Below, piece after piece: positions 1-9,618 of a DNA stretch of 32,000 bases. The notes below the pieces were generated by a model, which ran no database searches, was not told the origin of the DNA, and saw only the letters and a list, made by a program, of their open reading frames with translations. Positions within the stretch are counted from its first letter, which is position 1. Every line of letters begins with the position of its first letter. Both the position numbers and the translations under genes were made by a program. Origin of the DNA: Wallemia ichthyophaga EXF-994. Its lineage: Eukaryota > Fungi > Basidiomycota. The stretch spans positions 510,244 through 542,243 of the forward strand of contig NW_008806274.1 of assembly GCF_000400465.1 (NCBI RefSeq). The letters run 5' to 3'.

Positions 1-762
1 TTGTGGTGGTGGCGATGCTGCCACTCATATTACCATTGTTATTGCCGCTGCTGCTGCTCGTTGGCTGTCTCTCGCCTGGGGCTGACAGCCTTGGAGCTCG
101 TTTGGCAGGTGGTCTCGTAGGAGTTGCGAGAGATTGCGTGGCTGGCTTCGTTGGGTACTTTTTAGGCGGTGGAGAGGCATTTGAGAAAAAGGTCAATTCA
201 AGACGCACTTCGCCGCGATATTTGCCGCCGTCTTTCGAATCGAGAGTGAGGGGAACCCATACTGAAGAGTCTTAGCGCGTAGATAAGATAAGAATAGTGT
301 AACACCCACAGTCATCCTCGCCTTTGGTAAGTGAACGCGTGAGATCGACGAAAGCCTCACCGACCTTGGTCGGATCCCTGCTATCATCAGCCCAGCATAC
401 GACAGACATACTCTTGGTAGAAGCCGTTGACGCGCTGGAAGACCTTCTACCCATCGAATCCTCGAGTTCAGACATGATGGGAAAGCGCAACTCAGCATCC
501 CATTCAGGCGCTTGGCCACCGCGGTTGATCGTCTGTGTACGCTTGGTAGGAACGGGTGAAGAGGGAATTCTTAGTGTAACGTATGGAGATTGCTTGCCTA
601 TACGCTGCTTGTCAACCAGATTGCGCTGACCAAATGCGTCAAAATAGGAAAACAAGGCGGAAAACCGAACAAGAGACTCACGGCACGATCAACGACGATG
701 ACGAGAGTACCAATCTCATTTCCAGCCTCAAATTGCTTGGGAGGTGGGCGAGGTGGAGACAT
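1..762 (-). CDS. C2-domain cytokinesis protein, Fic1/Inn1-like; 3' end runs off the window start
   Basis: ATG at 762; introns 681-626 (GTGAGT..CAG) and 309-262 (GTGGGT..CAG). Spliced: MSPPRPPPKQFEAGNEIGTLVIVVDRA|RNLVDKQRIGKQSPYVTLRI...KRTQTINRGGQAPEWDAELRF...|LWVPLTLDSKDGGKYRGEVRLELTF, then a Pro/Ser-rich tail open to base 1. As recalled, this resembles the N-terminal C2 domain of S. pombe Fic1. Confidence 0.75.
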
Positions 763-796
763 GTACGATGTTGGTTGTTAAGAAGGAACGGCGAAG

Positions 797-2137
797 ATGG
801 TCAGAGCAATTGCGTCAATATTGGATACAGATTTGTATAAGGTGAGTTTGTGTGTGTTTACGTGGTTATATTATAATTTATATTTAAACAGCTCACAATG
901 CAACAAGCTGTCCTTGAGCATTTCCCCAATGTAGACGTTAGCTATCGATTCACAAATCGCAGTATGCAAATGCGTTTTAATAAACAAGCTTACGATTCTA
1001 TTATGGATGGATTACAATGTGCGTAAGATACGTAACAGCCACACAGCAGCCACTCAACTCACTCCACTCCAAGTCCTTACCCAACTCACCCTACAGCCCC
1101 ATGAATACTCCTATTTACTATCTGATAAGGCCCCCATGTTCAAATCCAGCTATGTCGATTACCTCTCCAACTACCGCTTCAAGCCACACGAGCAACTTGA
1201 CGTACGTCTCGTAAATACAGACAATAACGGCTTTGGTGACCTGGAAATTGATATACGTGGTAAATGGGTGGAGACCATCCTCTATGAGGTACCACTGATG
1301 TCAATTGTCTCCGAGTCTTACTTTGCTTACGTAGACACTGATTGGTCTTATGATGGCCAAGAATCTATCGCCAAAGAAAAAATGAAATCTATGGCTCAGA
1401 ATGGTATTATTCTCGCAGAATTCGGTAGCAGACGTAGAAGATCGTTTCAGGGACATGATATCGTTATACGCGCGCTTAAAGAGGAGAGTGATCGTTTGCA
1501 GAATACAGGCGCATCTGGTAAACTCGGTGGAACGAGTAACGTTTTTTTCGCTCTCAAGTACGATCTCCCTCCTATTGGTACTGTAGCCCATGAATGGACT
1601 ATGGGTATCGGTGCTATCACCGGATATAAGAATGCTAACTACACGGCATTGGATTTATGGGAAAAAACTTTCGGTGACAAACTACTCATCGCTCTCACTG
1701 ATACTTTCACCACTGAAGCTTTCTGGAGGGAATTATTGGACCATCCTCAGAAAGCTAGCAAATGGATTGGGATTAGACAGGACTCAGGTGATCCCGTCAA
1801 ATTCTGCAAGGATGCTAATGCTGTTTATCAGCAGTTGGGTATAGATACTCACACCAAAACTATCGTCTTTAGCGATGGACTGGATAGTGATTTGTGTATC
1901 AAGCTCAAGCAGGTAACAGACGAGCACGGCTTCAAATCTAGTTTTGGTGTTGGTACTTACCTCACAAACGACTACCGCAAAGCATCAAATGTTAGTGAAA
2001 AGAGCAAACCTCTGAATATCGTCATCAAGATAGCCTCAGTGGGAGATACACCGACAATCAAACTGAGCGATGACCTATCCAAGATTACTGGGAATAACAG
2101 TACAGTAAAGACAGTTAGAGATGAATTGCATGTTTAA
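797..2137 (+). CDS. NPT1: Nicotinate phosphoribosyltransferase
   Basis: Exon 1 MVRAIASILDTDLYK, intron 842-891, exon 2 LTMQQAVL, intron from 1019 (acceptor probably 1073). Family motifs DTDLYKLTM, EFGSRRR, GTSNV, GTVAHEW, LTDTFTT, GIRQDSGDP, FSDGL, FGVGT, KLSDD. Confidence 0.95.
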
Positions 2138-2192
2138 TTTTGTTTTTAATATTTTTATATTCTTGCATTTTGCATCTTAAACTCAATCCACG

Positions 2193-2971
2193 ATGATCAC
2201 AAACATCGGAAGACAGATACTTAGAGGAGCAACGAAGAATCTGAGAGTAGCTTCACGCGCTCCAATTGCAAGTCGTGCATTCACAGTAACCCCAATGCGC
2301 TTTGGAGCTGGGAGTAGTGGGTAAAGAACTGCAATCTATGGACCACCGACTGACATGACACAGCCGATGGTACACTCACAGCTCAGCTATCCAACGAGAT
2401 TAAATTCGAAACTGAAAGCGCCAGCCCAGAGGAACCTGAATGGGTTAGAGTTTTCAATGAGGAGAAGATCTGGTCGATTGAGGATAAAGCTGGCTCAGAT
2501 GAGATAGTGCTTAGCAGGCAATTCGGAAATGAGTTTATCAGGGTACTTTTCTCCATTTCAGACCTTGAGCAGGATGAATCTGCAGCTGGACAAGCAGAGG
2601 AGCCCGTCGATGAAGTACCTGCATATAGCGTGAGGATGTCAGTCAGCGTTACTAAACCAAATAGCGGTGCTTTGACCGTTGATTGCGTATCGCAGAATGA
2701 ATCAATTCTTATCGATAATATATCCTTCTACAAAGATTCAAAACTGGCTACACAGCTCACTGCAGACGCAGATTGGGAGAGAAGGGGATTATACATTGGA
2801 CCAGTATTTGAGCACCTCGATTTAGACGTACAAGGTGAATTCCAAAACTATCTCGCTGAAAGAGGTATCGATGAGCGTCTGGCTACGTTCGTCCCTGAGT
2901 ATGCCGTGTACAAGGAGCAAAAGGAGTATGTCAAATGGCTCGACAACGTCAAGAGCTTCATTGAGGCATGA
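2193..2971 (+). CDS. MAM33: Mitochondrial acidic matrix glycoprotein, MAM33/C1QBP family
   Basis: Arg-rich presequence MITNIGRQILRGATKNLRVASRAP; intron 2317-2363 (GTGGGT..CTGAC..CAG). C-terminus YIGPVFEHLD...LAERGIDERLATFVPEYAVYKEQKEYVKWL is typical of the family. Confidence 0.92.
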
Positions 2972-3056
2972 GGAATTAAAAAAGTTTTGTAAAAATTTAA
3001 GCTCGAATTAGCCACAACGGTGTTTGAATAGAAACCACCAATTGGATCAGCTGAAA

Positions 3057-5104
3057 ATGTCAGAGAAATTAACGAGAATTGCACTGGTCAATAACGACAA
3101 GTGTAAACCAAAGTGCGTTTAATGGCTGCTCTGTGTTGCATCATCTCACAGCTTACAGGAAATGTCGTCAAGTGGGTAATCCCAACCAAGAAGACACAAA
3201 TCTAACGAATAAACAAAGGAATGCAAAAGAGCTTGTCCTGTTGTTAAAATGGGTAAGATAGCTTTGTTATCGTATCCCAATCCAGCTCACGCCCATTCCA
3301 GGCAAACTTTGTATCGAAGTTGCTCCATCTGACAAGGTATTTCGATTTTGAACAAATACCTGCAACCAGCTCATGTTTCTACGTAGGTAGCGTTTATTTC
3401 GGAAACTCTCTGTATCGGTTGTGGTCTCTGCGCTAAGAAATGCCCATTCGAAGCAATCAACATTGTCAACCTTCCTACAAACCTCGAGTCCCAAGTCAGC
3501 CACAGATACACCGCCAACTCCTTTAAGCTCCACAGACTTCCCACTCCAAGAGCTGGTCAGGTTCTCGGTATGGTCGGTCAGAATGGTACTGGTAAATCTA
3601 CCGCTTTGAAAATTTTGGCTGGTAAGCAGAAGCCTAATCTCGGTAAATACGACGATCCTCCTGAGTGGACTGAAATCTTGAAACACTACCGTGGCTCTGA
3701 ATTGCAAAACTACTTTTTAAAGATCCTCGAAGACAACCTCAAAGCCATCATCAAGCCTCAATACGTCGATCACATACCTAGAGCCATTAAAGTTCCAATC
3801 ACGGTTGAGAAAATGTTGGATAGTAAGATGGAAATGGGCAACAAGGACCTCATCATGGATCTTCTGCAATTGAGGGTTATCAAGGACCGTGAAATCAACC
3901 AACTCTCCGGTGGTGAGCTCCAGCGATTCGCTATCGCTATGTCATGCGCTCAGAAGGCAGATGTGTATATGTTTGATGAACCATCCTCATATTTGGATAT
4001 CAAACAGCGTCTCAATGCCGCAAAGGTTATCAGAAGTCTCGCGGAAGACCAGGTATACGTTATTGCAGTAGAGCACGATCTGTCTGTTTTGGATTATCTG
4101 TCTGACTTTGTTTGCTGTATGTACGGCATGCCTGCAGCTTACGGTGTCGTCACCATGCCGTTTTCGAGCAGAGAGGGTCTTAACATCTATCTCGATGGTT
4201 TCCTTCCTACTGAAAATATGAGATTCAGACAGGAGTCTCTCAACTTCAAGATCGCAGACGCGGCAGATGATCTTACACTCGATAAGACATCTTCAGTTCC
4301 ATACCCAGCCATGACCAAGACGATGGGCGGGTTCAAGCTCAATGTCAAGGCTGGTGAGTTTACAGATTCGGAGGTGATAGTGATGCTTGGAGAGAACGGT
4401 ACGGGTAAGACAACACTCGTTAGAATGTTGGCTGGTGCCACTAAGGCGGACAATGAAGCAGATCAGCCTGAGCTCAAGGTTTCTATGAAGCCACAAAAGA
4501 TAACACCAAAGTTCCAAGGTACGGTGAGAATGTTGCTGTTGAAGCAGATCAAGGGAGCATTCATGCATCCACAATTCCAGACTGATGTGGTTAGACCAAT
4601 GCAGTTGGATGCCATCATTGACCAGGATGTGCAAACATTGTCTGGTGGTGAGTTACAGAGGGTTGCTATTGTCTTGGCACTTGGTAAACCAGCGTCTGTT
4701 TACTTGCTCGATGAGCCATCATCCTTTTTGGACTCTGAACAGAGAATTAGCGCATCAAGGGTAATTAAGAGGTTCATTTTACATGCAAAGAAGACTGCGT
4801 TTATCGTTGAACACGATTTCATTATGGCTACGTACCTGTCCGATAGAGTTATAGTGTTTGATGGTGAACCGGCAGTCGAAGCAACTGCAAACGCCCCACA
4901 GAGTTTGCTCACTGGGATGAACAAATTCTTGGAGTCGCTCCAGGTTACGTTCAGAAGAGACACGACCAACTATAGACCTAGGGTGAACAAGACTGATTCA
5001 CTCAAAGATAAAGAGCAGAAGTGTGAGTCGGCGGCGGCTTTGTGTGACAAATATACTAACGGTAAAACACAGCGACTGGAAACTTTTTCTTTGTTGGTGA
5101 TTAG
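3057..5104 (+). CDS. RLI1: ABCE1/Rli1 Fe-S ABC ATPase (ribosome recycling)
   Basis: Introns 3113-3158, 3172-3218, 3253-3301, 3337-3386, 5023-5072. Splicing restores [27 protein letters not shown] and [13 protein letters not shown]; two Walker A motifs ([16 protein letters not shown]) and two LSGGELQR signatures; spliced end [14 protein letters not shown]. Confidence 0.97.
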
Positions 5105-5233
5105 ACCGTGTACACATAATATTATTGCATTTCTCCATTCCGTGTTCAAGATTAAGAAAAAAAAAAGAAATACATAGTAGACATGTACATAAAGGGGAAT
5201 GTTCGCTTGAGCTCGTTTAGTTTGTTAGTTTGG

Positions 5234-5750
5234 TTAATTCTTATCAGATTGCGTCTTGGCAATGGGGACGACTATGATGATGATGATTACGATGACGACG
5301 ATTGCTAGGATGATCTTCATACGCGTGTCTTTCCACCACATAGCCTTCCTTACACGATGAGCGCCTTTCCTAAAACCTTGAGCGGAGACAGCGAGATCGT
5401 CTGTCTTGTCCTGGAGCTGGTCGAGTCTCTCACCACGTTCAGAGACCTGTAAAAGAGTGTAAATGGTTATAAGCAAGGATAGAATCTACATCAACGGCTG
5501 TCAACGGACCTTTGTGATATTTTCTCTCATGATGCCAACCGTGTCATCGATCTGGGCTTGTATGGCAGCTGTCTTTGGCTGCAGAGTGGGAGTGAGCTGG
5601 GTGTAAAACAACGGTGGATTAAACAGACGTTTCCAGCACCGCCATTGGCAGCGTTCGCACCGCTGTTTTCTGGACCTGGGTATGGATCGTATGGGGCAGA
5701 CCTGGGCGGTGTAAATATTTAATATTCCTTCCAACCACTCATGCTCACAT
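5234..5750 (-). CDS. SNC1: Synaptobrevin/VAMP R-SNARE
   Basis: Exons 5750-5749 (AT), 5701-5629, 5578-5510, 5446-5234. Protein [10 protein letters not shown]...[62 protein letters not shown] followed by a C-terminal TM helix. Confidence 0.93.
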
Positions 5751-5775
5751 CGTCGTATAGTGAAGAGGCACAGCG

Positions 5776-6570
5776 ATGAGTGCGGCGTCGTTGAAAAAGA
5801 AATTAACGGGGAGTTTACAGAAACTAAATCTCGACGCGCGGATACAGCTCATGTCTGGCCAGCTCAACAGACTGACGGGCTACGAGCGTATCGAGAAACT
5901 CAAAGCAGTGGTTATTGATGCCGAGCAGGCGATAAAGCATTCGCGGGGAATGCTTGTTGATAGCAAGCAAGAGTATGGCAAATATACAGAGATGCGTAGA
6001 TCGTCGCAGAAGCAAGTGAATGATTTGCTGTCAAACAAATCCAGTTGGGGGGATGTAGAGCTCAATAGATTCACGCAGCTCGTCAAGAGCGATCATAGCA
6101 TTGAGAAGCTCGAGAAGGAGTACTCGGGCAAGGTGGAGGAGTACGAGCGGTTGGTTGATCGCGGCTTTGAGAAGCTCCTCAAGAGCATCCTCGAACGCTA
6201 CCACGAGGAGCAGATATGGTCAGATAAAATAAGATCGGTATCGAGCAACTACACTCTCATGGCTCTTTCTGTAAACGTCCTCGTCTTCCTCACCGCTATC
6301 GTCTTTGTCGAGCCTTGGAAACGGTCCAAAATGCTCAAAGAGCTGGAAATAAACCTCGATCAAGACCAGATCAGACTGCTGGGCGAGATTGATAGCATGC
6401 GAGATGATATACGCAGCCTTAAACCGATCCCCGCCATGTCTTCTTCCCTTGTACCTCCACCGCCATCACCCCCAACGACCGTGGATAGCGCTATTATCAC
6501 CAACAATCCCTTCGCCAGCCTCTCTCTGGGTATCGTTATTGGAATCTCCAGTTTCTATTGTTTATGTTGA
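5776..6570 (+). CDS. SHE9: Mitochondrial inner-membrane She9/Mdm33 family protein
   Basis: Intronless ORF with LNRLTGYERIEKLK, RRSSQKQVNDLLSNKSSW, LKSILERYHEEQIWSDKIRSVS, TM segment NVLVFLTAIVFVEPWKR and a second C-terminal hydrophobic helix. The start could alternatively be the Met at 5851. Confidence 0.9.
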   Translation: MSAASLKKKLTGSLQKLNLDARIQLMSGQLNRLTGYERIEKLKAVVIDAEQAIKHSRGMLVDSKQEYGKYTEMRRSSQKQVNDLLSNKSSWGDVELNRFTQLVKSDHSIEKLEKEYSGKVEEYERLVDRGFEKLLKSILERYHEEQIWSDKIRSVSSNYTLMALSVNVLVFLTAIVFVEPWKRSKMLKELEINLDQDQIRLLGEIDSMRDDIRSLKPIPAMSSSLVPPPPSPPTTVDSAIITNNPFASLSLGIVIGISSFYCLC

Positions 6571-7595
6571 TTATACTCCCTTTTAGAATCCTTCTGCTTG
6601 TTGGGCTTGGTTTGTGTGTCTACACCGAGGCGCTGTCGAGGTACAAAGGCCTTTTCGATGTAAATCTGCGGTGTTTGTGGAATATTATCTGCGTATATCT
6701 CGCTGGTGTGGGATGCAGTTTGCTAGTTTACGAAGCCACGACTACACACGGCGACATGGACAGCAAGGCGTTTATACCCGCGCTGACTTATATAGTCATC
6801 GCTCTCACTCTCTTCTACCCTTTCGATGCCTTCTACAAGCAGCAGAGGAGCCAATTTCTCAGCACACTCACCCAGATCATCTACTCACCCGTCACCAAGG
6901 CTATTACATTCAACCAGGTGTTTTTAGCAGATATACTCACCTCGTATGCAAAAGTTTTCGGTGACTTCTACTCTTCAATCATTCAATGTCTTGATCCGGA
7001 GAGTTCTTTCGCAATAACGCCCCAGTCGGCCAACTACATGGCTCCGCTGTTCACAACTATTCCCTACCTGCTCAGACTGAGGCAGTGTGTAGTGGAGTAC
7101 ATAGCCAGTGACTACCAGCAGAAGCGTTCGCTAGCCAACGCCCTCAAGTACGCATCCGCTCTTCCCGTGATTGCCTTCTCGGCGATCCACAAGCACAACA
7201 AGAGCGTGTATCCGTGGTGGTTGATTAGTGTAGTCGTCAATTCCCTCTACTCGTTCTGGTGGGATGTTCGCAATGACTGGGGGCTGAATTTCTTGGATCG
7301 CGATGTGTGGTTGGATGACGGTGTCGAGAAAACTCCCCTCCGCCAAACTCTCCTATACAGACAACCGGGCAAATACTACGCTGCTATCCTCGCCGACTTT
7401 TTCCTGCGCTTCACTTGGTCTCTTAAGCTGTCCTCCCATTTACACGCTTACGTCCAACTCGAGTCGGGCGTGTTTGCATTCGAAATACTCGAAATCCTTC
7501 GCAGATATCTGTGGTGTCTGTTTAGGCTCGAATGGGAAGTCATCAAGACGGAGGAATATCCTAGTATACCCATACACCAGTACACAACGGAGTAG
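6564..7595 (+). CDS. ERD1: ERD1-like EXS-domain membrane protein
   Basis: First in-frame ATG at 6564 (the ORF track starts at TTG 6558). EXS motifs FNQVFLADILTSYAKVFGD, PYLLRLRQC, NALKYASALP, NSLYSFWWDV..DWGL, LRFTWSLKLS, EILRRYLWCLFRLEWE. N-terminal LPFRILLLVGLG matches the PLP(F/Y)R motif I recall from fungal ERD1-like proteins. Confidence 0.85.
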   Translation: MLIILPFRILLLVGLGLCVYTEALSRYKGLFDVNLRCLWNIICVYLAGVGCSLLVYEATTTHGDMDSKAFIPALTYIVIALTLFYPFDAFYKQQRSQFLSTLTQIIYSPVTKAITFNQVFLADILTSYAKVFGDFYSSIIQCLDPESSFAITPQSANYMAPLFTTIPYLLRLRQCVVEYIASDYQQKRSLANALKYASALPVIAFSAIHKHNKSVYPWWLISVVVNSLYSFWWDVRNDWGLNFLDRDVWLDDGVEKTPLRQTLLYRQPGKYYAAILADFFLRFTWSLKLSSHLHAYVQLESGVFAFEILEILRRYLWCLFRLEWEVIKTEEYPSIPIHQYTTE

Positions 7596-7669
7596 AAAAG
7601 GTGTTATAAAGTGTGTTAATATGGTAGTGTGGTAATATGGTAAATGAATAAAATACAAATGCAAATAAT

Positions 7670-8446
7670 CTAATTACTCTGGCTAATATGGCGACTGTCC
7701 TCGCTACTCGTCTGGTAATGCTCCATCACCCTCTTAAGAGCTTCGGGGTTGTCTTTGAACTCGGCCCTCCTGACCTCGTACATGTAGCGTGTATCTTCTA
7801 TCTTCTTGAGGCTATTTTCGAGTGTCTTGAGTTTCTGCTGGAGGGTGTGGAAATGGTGTGTGTTATCCTGTAGCACTAGTTTCACACTCGTGATCAGCTC
7901 GACGATCCTCTCGATCAGCGTGAGGTCTGCCATGCCGAGGAGTTGTATCGCCATACGCATCAATTCGCCTGTGAGATCACCCAGCCCAGCGAGGTATTCA
8001 AGTGGGCGTACCGGGACGATGGGTTGGTTATCAATCGACAGCATAAGTTGAATTTTATCCACGGTAATAAGCGTATCGCTCTCGAGGAACTCCAGAAATG
8101 ATATCGCCTCTATATACTCTTCCAAACCTGCGAAAGCGAATTTGGAGAAGGAGTGGCGGATATTTGATCGCTGAATGGGGTCTGAATGGGTGAACTCTAC
8201 GGCTACTCTCTCCACCCAGATTTTGTGTATCTGCGTGAGCTGTGTATTGCGGATACTAGACAGCTGGTTGAATTGCTCGATCCGCGGTTGTTTGTACACG
8301 CGGTGTAAGGAGAAGATCATTCTCTTGCTCAGGGCTGTAATGTCCCGCGATGCTTTTATGACGCGCTCACGCTTATCTTGGTCTTGGTCTACCGTGTGCT
8401 TTATAGACTCGAATTCGCCGTTGATTCGTTGTGAGCGTGTGGACAT
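7670..8446 (-). CDS. TSNAX: Translin-associated factor X (TRAX), translin family
   Basis: ATG at 8446 in GCCATG context; DKRERVIKASRDITALSKRMIFSLHR, GLEEYIEAISF, EYLAGLGDLTGELMR, KLKTLENSLKKIE. The acidic C3PO catalytic motifs appear intact. Confidence 0.88.
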   Translation of the reverse strand: MSTRSQRINGEFESIKHTVDQDQDKRERVIKASRDITALSKRMIFSLHRVYKQPRIEQFNQLSSIRNTQLTQIHKIWVERVAVEFTHSDPIQRSNIRHSFSKFAFAGLEEYIEAISFLEFLESDTLITVDKIQLMLSIDNQPIVPVRPLEYLAGLGDLTGELMRMAIQLLGMADLTLIERIVELITSVKLVLQDNTHHFHTLQQKLKTLENSLKKIEDTRYMYEVRRAEFKDNPEALKRVMEHYQTSSEDSRHISQSN

Positions 8447-8557
8447 GGCTGTGGGTGGGGAAGGATATCTATTATGAGCAGTGTGTATCAATCCAATTGC
8501 AACAGAACAATTACAATATTCTTCTCCTCCTCCTTCCTTTCTCTTGTACCACCAGAA

Positions 8558-9588
8558 ATGCCTTTCAATTTGGCGCACAACACGCACATAGAGACACTGC
8601 AGCCAGCGGACAGAGAAGAAGTCAATGACGCAGACGCTGATATAGAAATGGACGACGATGATTCTTTCCCGCGTTCCAAACTCACTTCTCCGGGCGATGT
8701 GATTGCGTCGTCGTCGGCATACATGCAGTGGGTGTTGAGTGGCAGCAGTGCGTACACCCGCTCACAACCCGCAGCGGACACGGCACATATGTTCACAACG
8801 ATAACATCGTTTCCAACATGTTCGGCACAGTAGAGCGTGTCAACAAACTCGTTTCTGTACGTCCACTAAAACACAAGTATATTCCTCAAGTCGGTGATCT
8901 CGTTATTGGCCGTATCGTTGAAGTTCAAGCTAAGCGTTGGAAAGTTGACATCCACTCCTCCTCAGATGCTGTCCTTATGCTCTCCTCTATCAACTTGCCT
9001 GGTGGTGTACAGAGACGTAAATTGGAATCGGATGAGTTGCAAATGCGCAATTTCTTCACTGAGGGTGACTTGTGCGTCGCTGAAGTTCAGTCCTTCTTTC
9101 ATGATGGAAGCGTTTCGTTGCACACGCGTAGTTTGAAATACGGTAAACTGCGTAATGGAACTCTAGCTACTGTCCCGCCAAATCTCATGAGACGGCTCAA
9201 ATCTCATTTCTACACACTACCTGTCAATGTTGACCTTATTATTGGCTTGAATGGCTCTATCTGGGTGAGCATGCACGACGACGTCAGTCAGGACCTCAAC
9301 CTCAACGATGATAATCAGGGTTTCGATAGTGAGGGCGTGTATAATGACACCAACGACTCTATCGACTCTCAGACTCGCGAATCTATCAATCGCACTGCTA
9401 TCGTTATAGACATACTCGCTAGCCATAGAGTTCCCCTTACTGACACACTCATTGCTACTGCTTATGATGTGGCTCTCGATCTAGAGCAAGATAATGGTAT
9501 TAGGTTTCTCTCCAGTAATGAGGATGTTCAGGATGAATTGGTACACTGCGCACTCCAAGTCGAGGAGAGTGCTATGGATAATGCATAA
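8558..9588 (+). CDS. RRP4: Exosome cap subunit Rrp4 (S1 and KH domains)
   Basis: Intron 8728-8774 joins SPGDVIASSSAYMH|GHGTY; VERVNKLVSVRPL, YIPQVGDLVIGRIVEV, INLPGGVQRRK, LHTRSLKYGKLRNG. Confidence 0.95.
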
Positions 9589-9594
9589 TTTATT
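9589..9594 (-). terminator. Candidate AATAAA polyadenylation signal for DPH1
   Basis: TTTATT on + directly after the RRP4 stop reads AATAAA on -, 20 nt past the DPH1 stop. Confidence 0.45.
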
Positions 9595-9618
9595 ATATCT
9601 ACATATCTACATATCTAT
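9595..9618. repeat. Three tandem ATATCTA(C/T) octamers between the RRP4 and DPH1 stops
   Basis: ATATCTAC-ATATCTAC-ATATCTAT read directly; the third copy contains the DPH1 stop codon. Confidence 0.8.

Noticed and set aside
5023-5177. ORF-track RLI1 C-terminus ending KIKKKKRNT
   Set aside because: It arises from reading through the 50-nt intron 5023-5072; splicing gives the conserved ..GNFFF.. end and a stop at 5104.
8447-8587. 47-aa N-terminal extension of TRAX in the ORF track
   Set aside because: It starts at a non-ATG codon, overlaps the RRP4 start and shows no homology; ATG 8446 has good context.
8722-8790. RRP4 MHGHGTY instead of the usual MRGHGTY across the intron junction
   Set aside because: It is a single, fairly conservative substitution with no basis for a functional claim.
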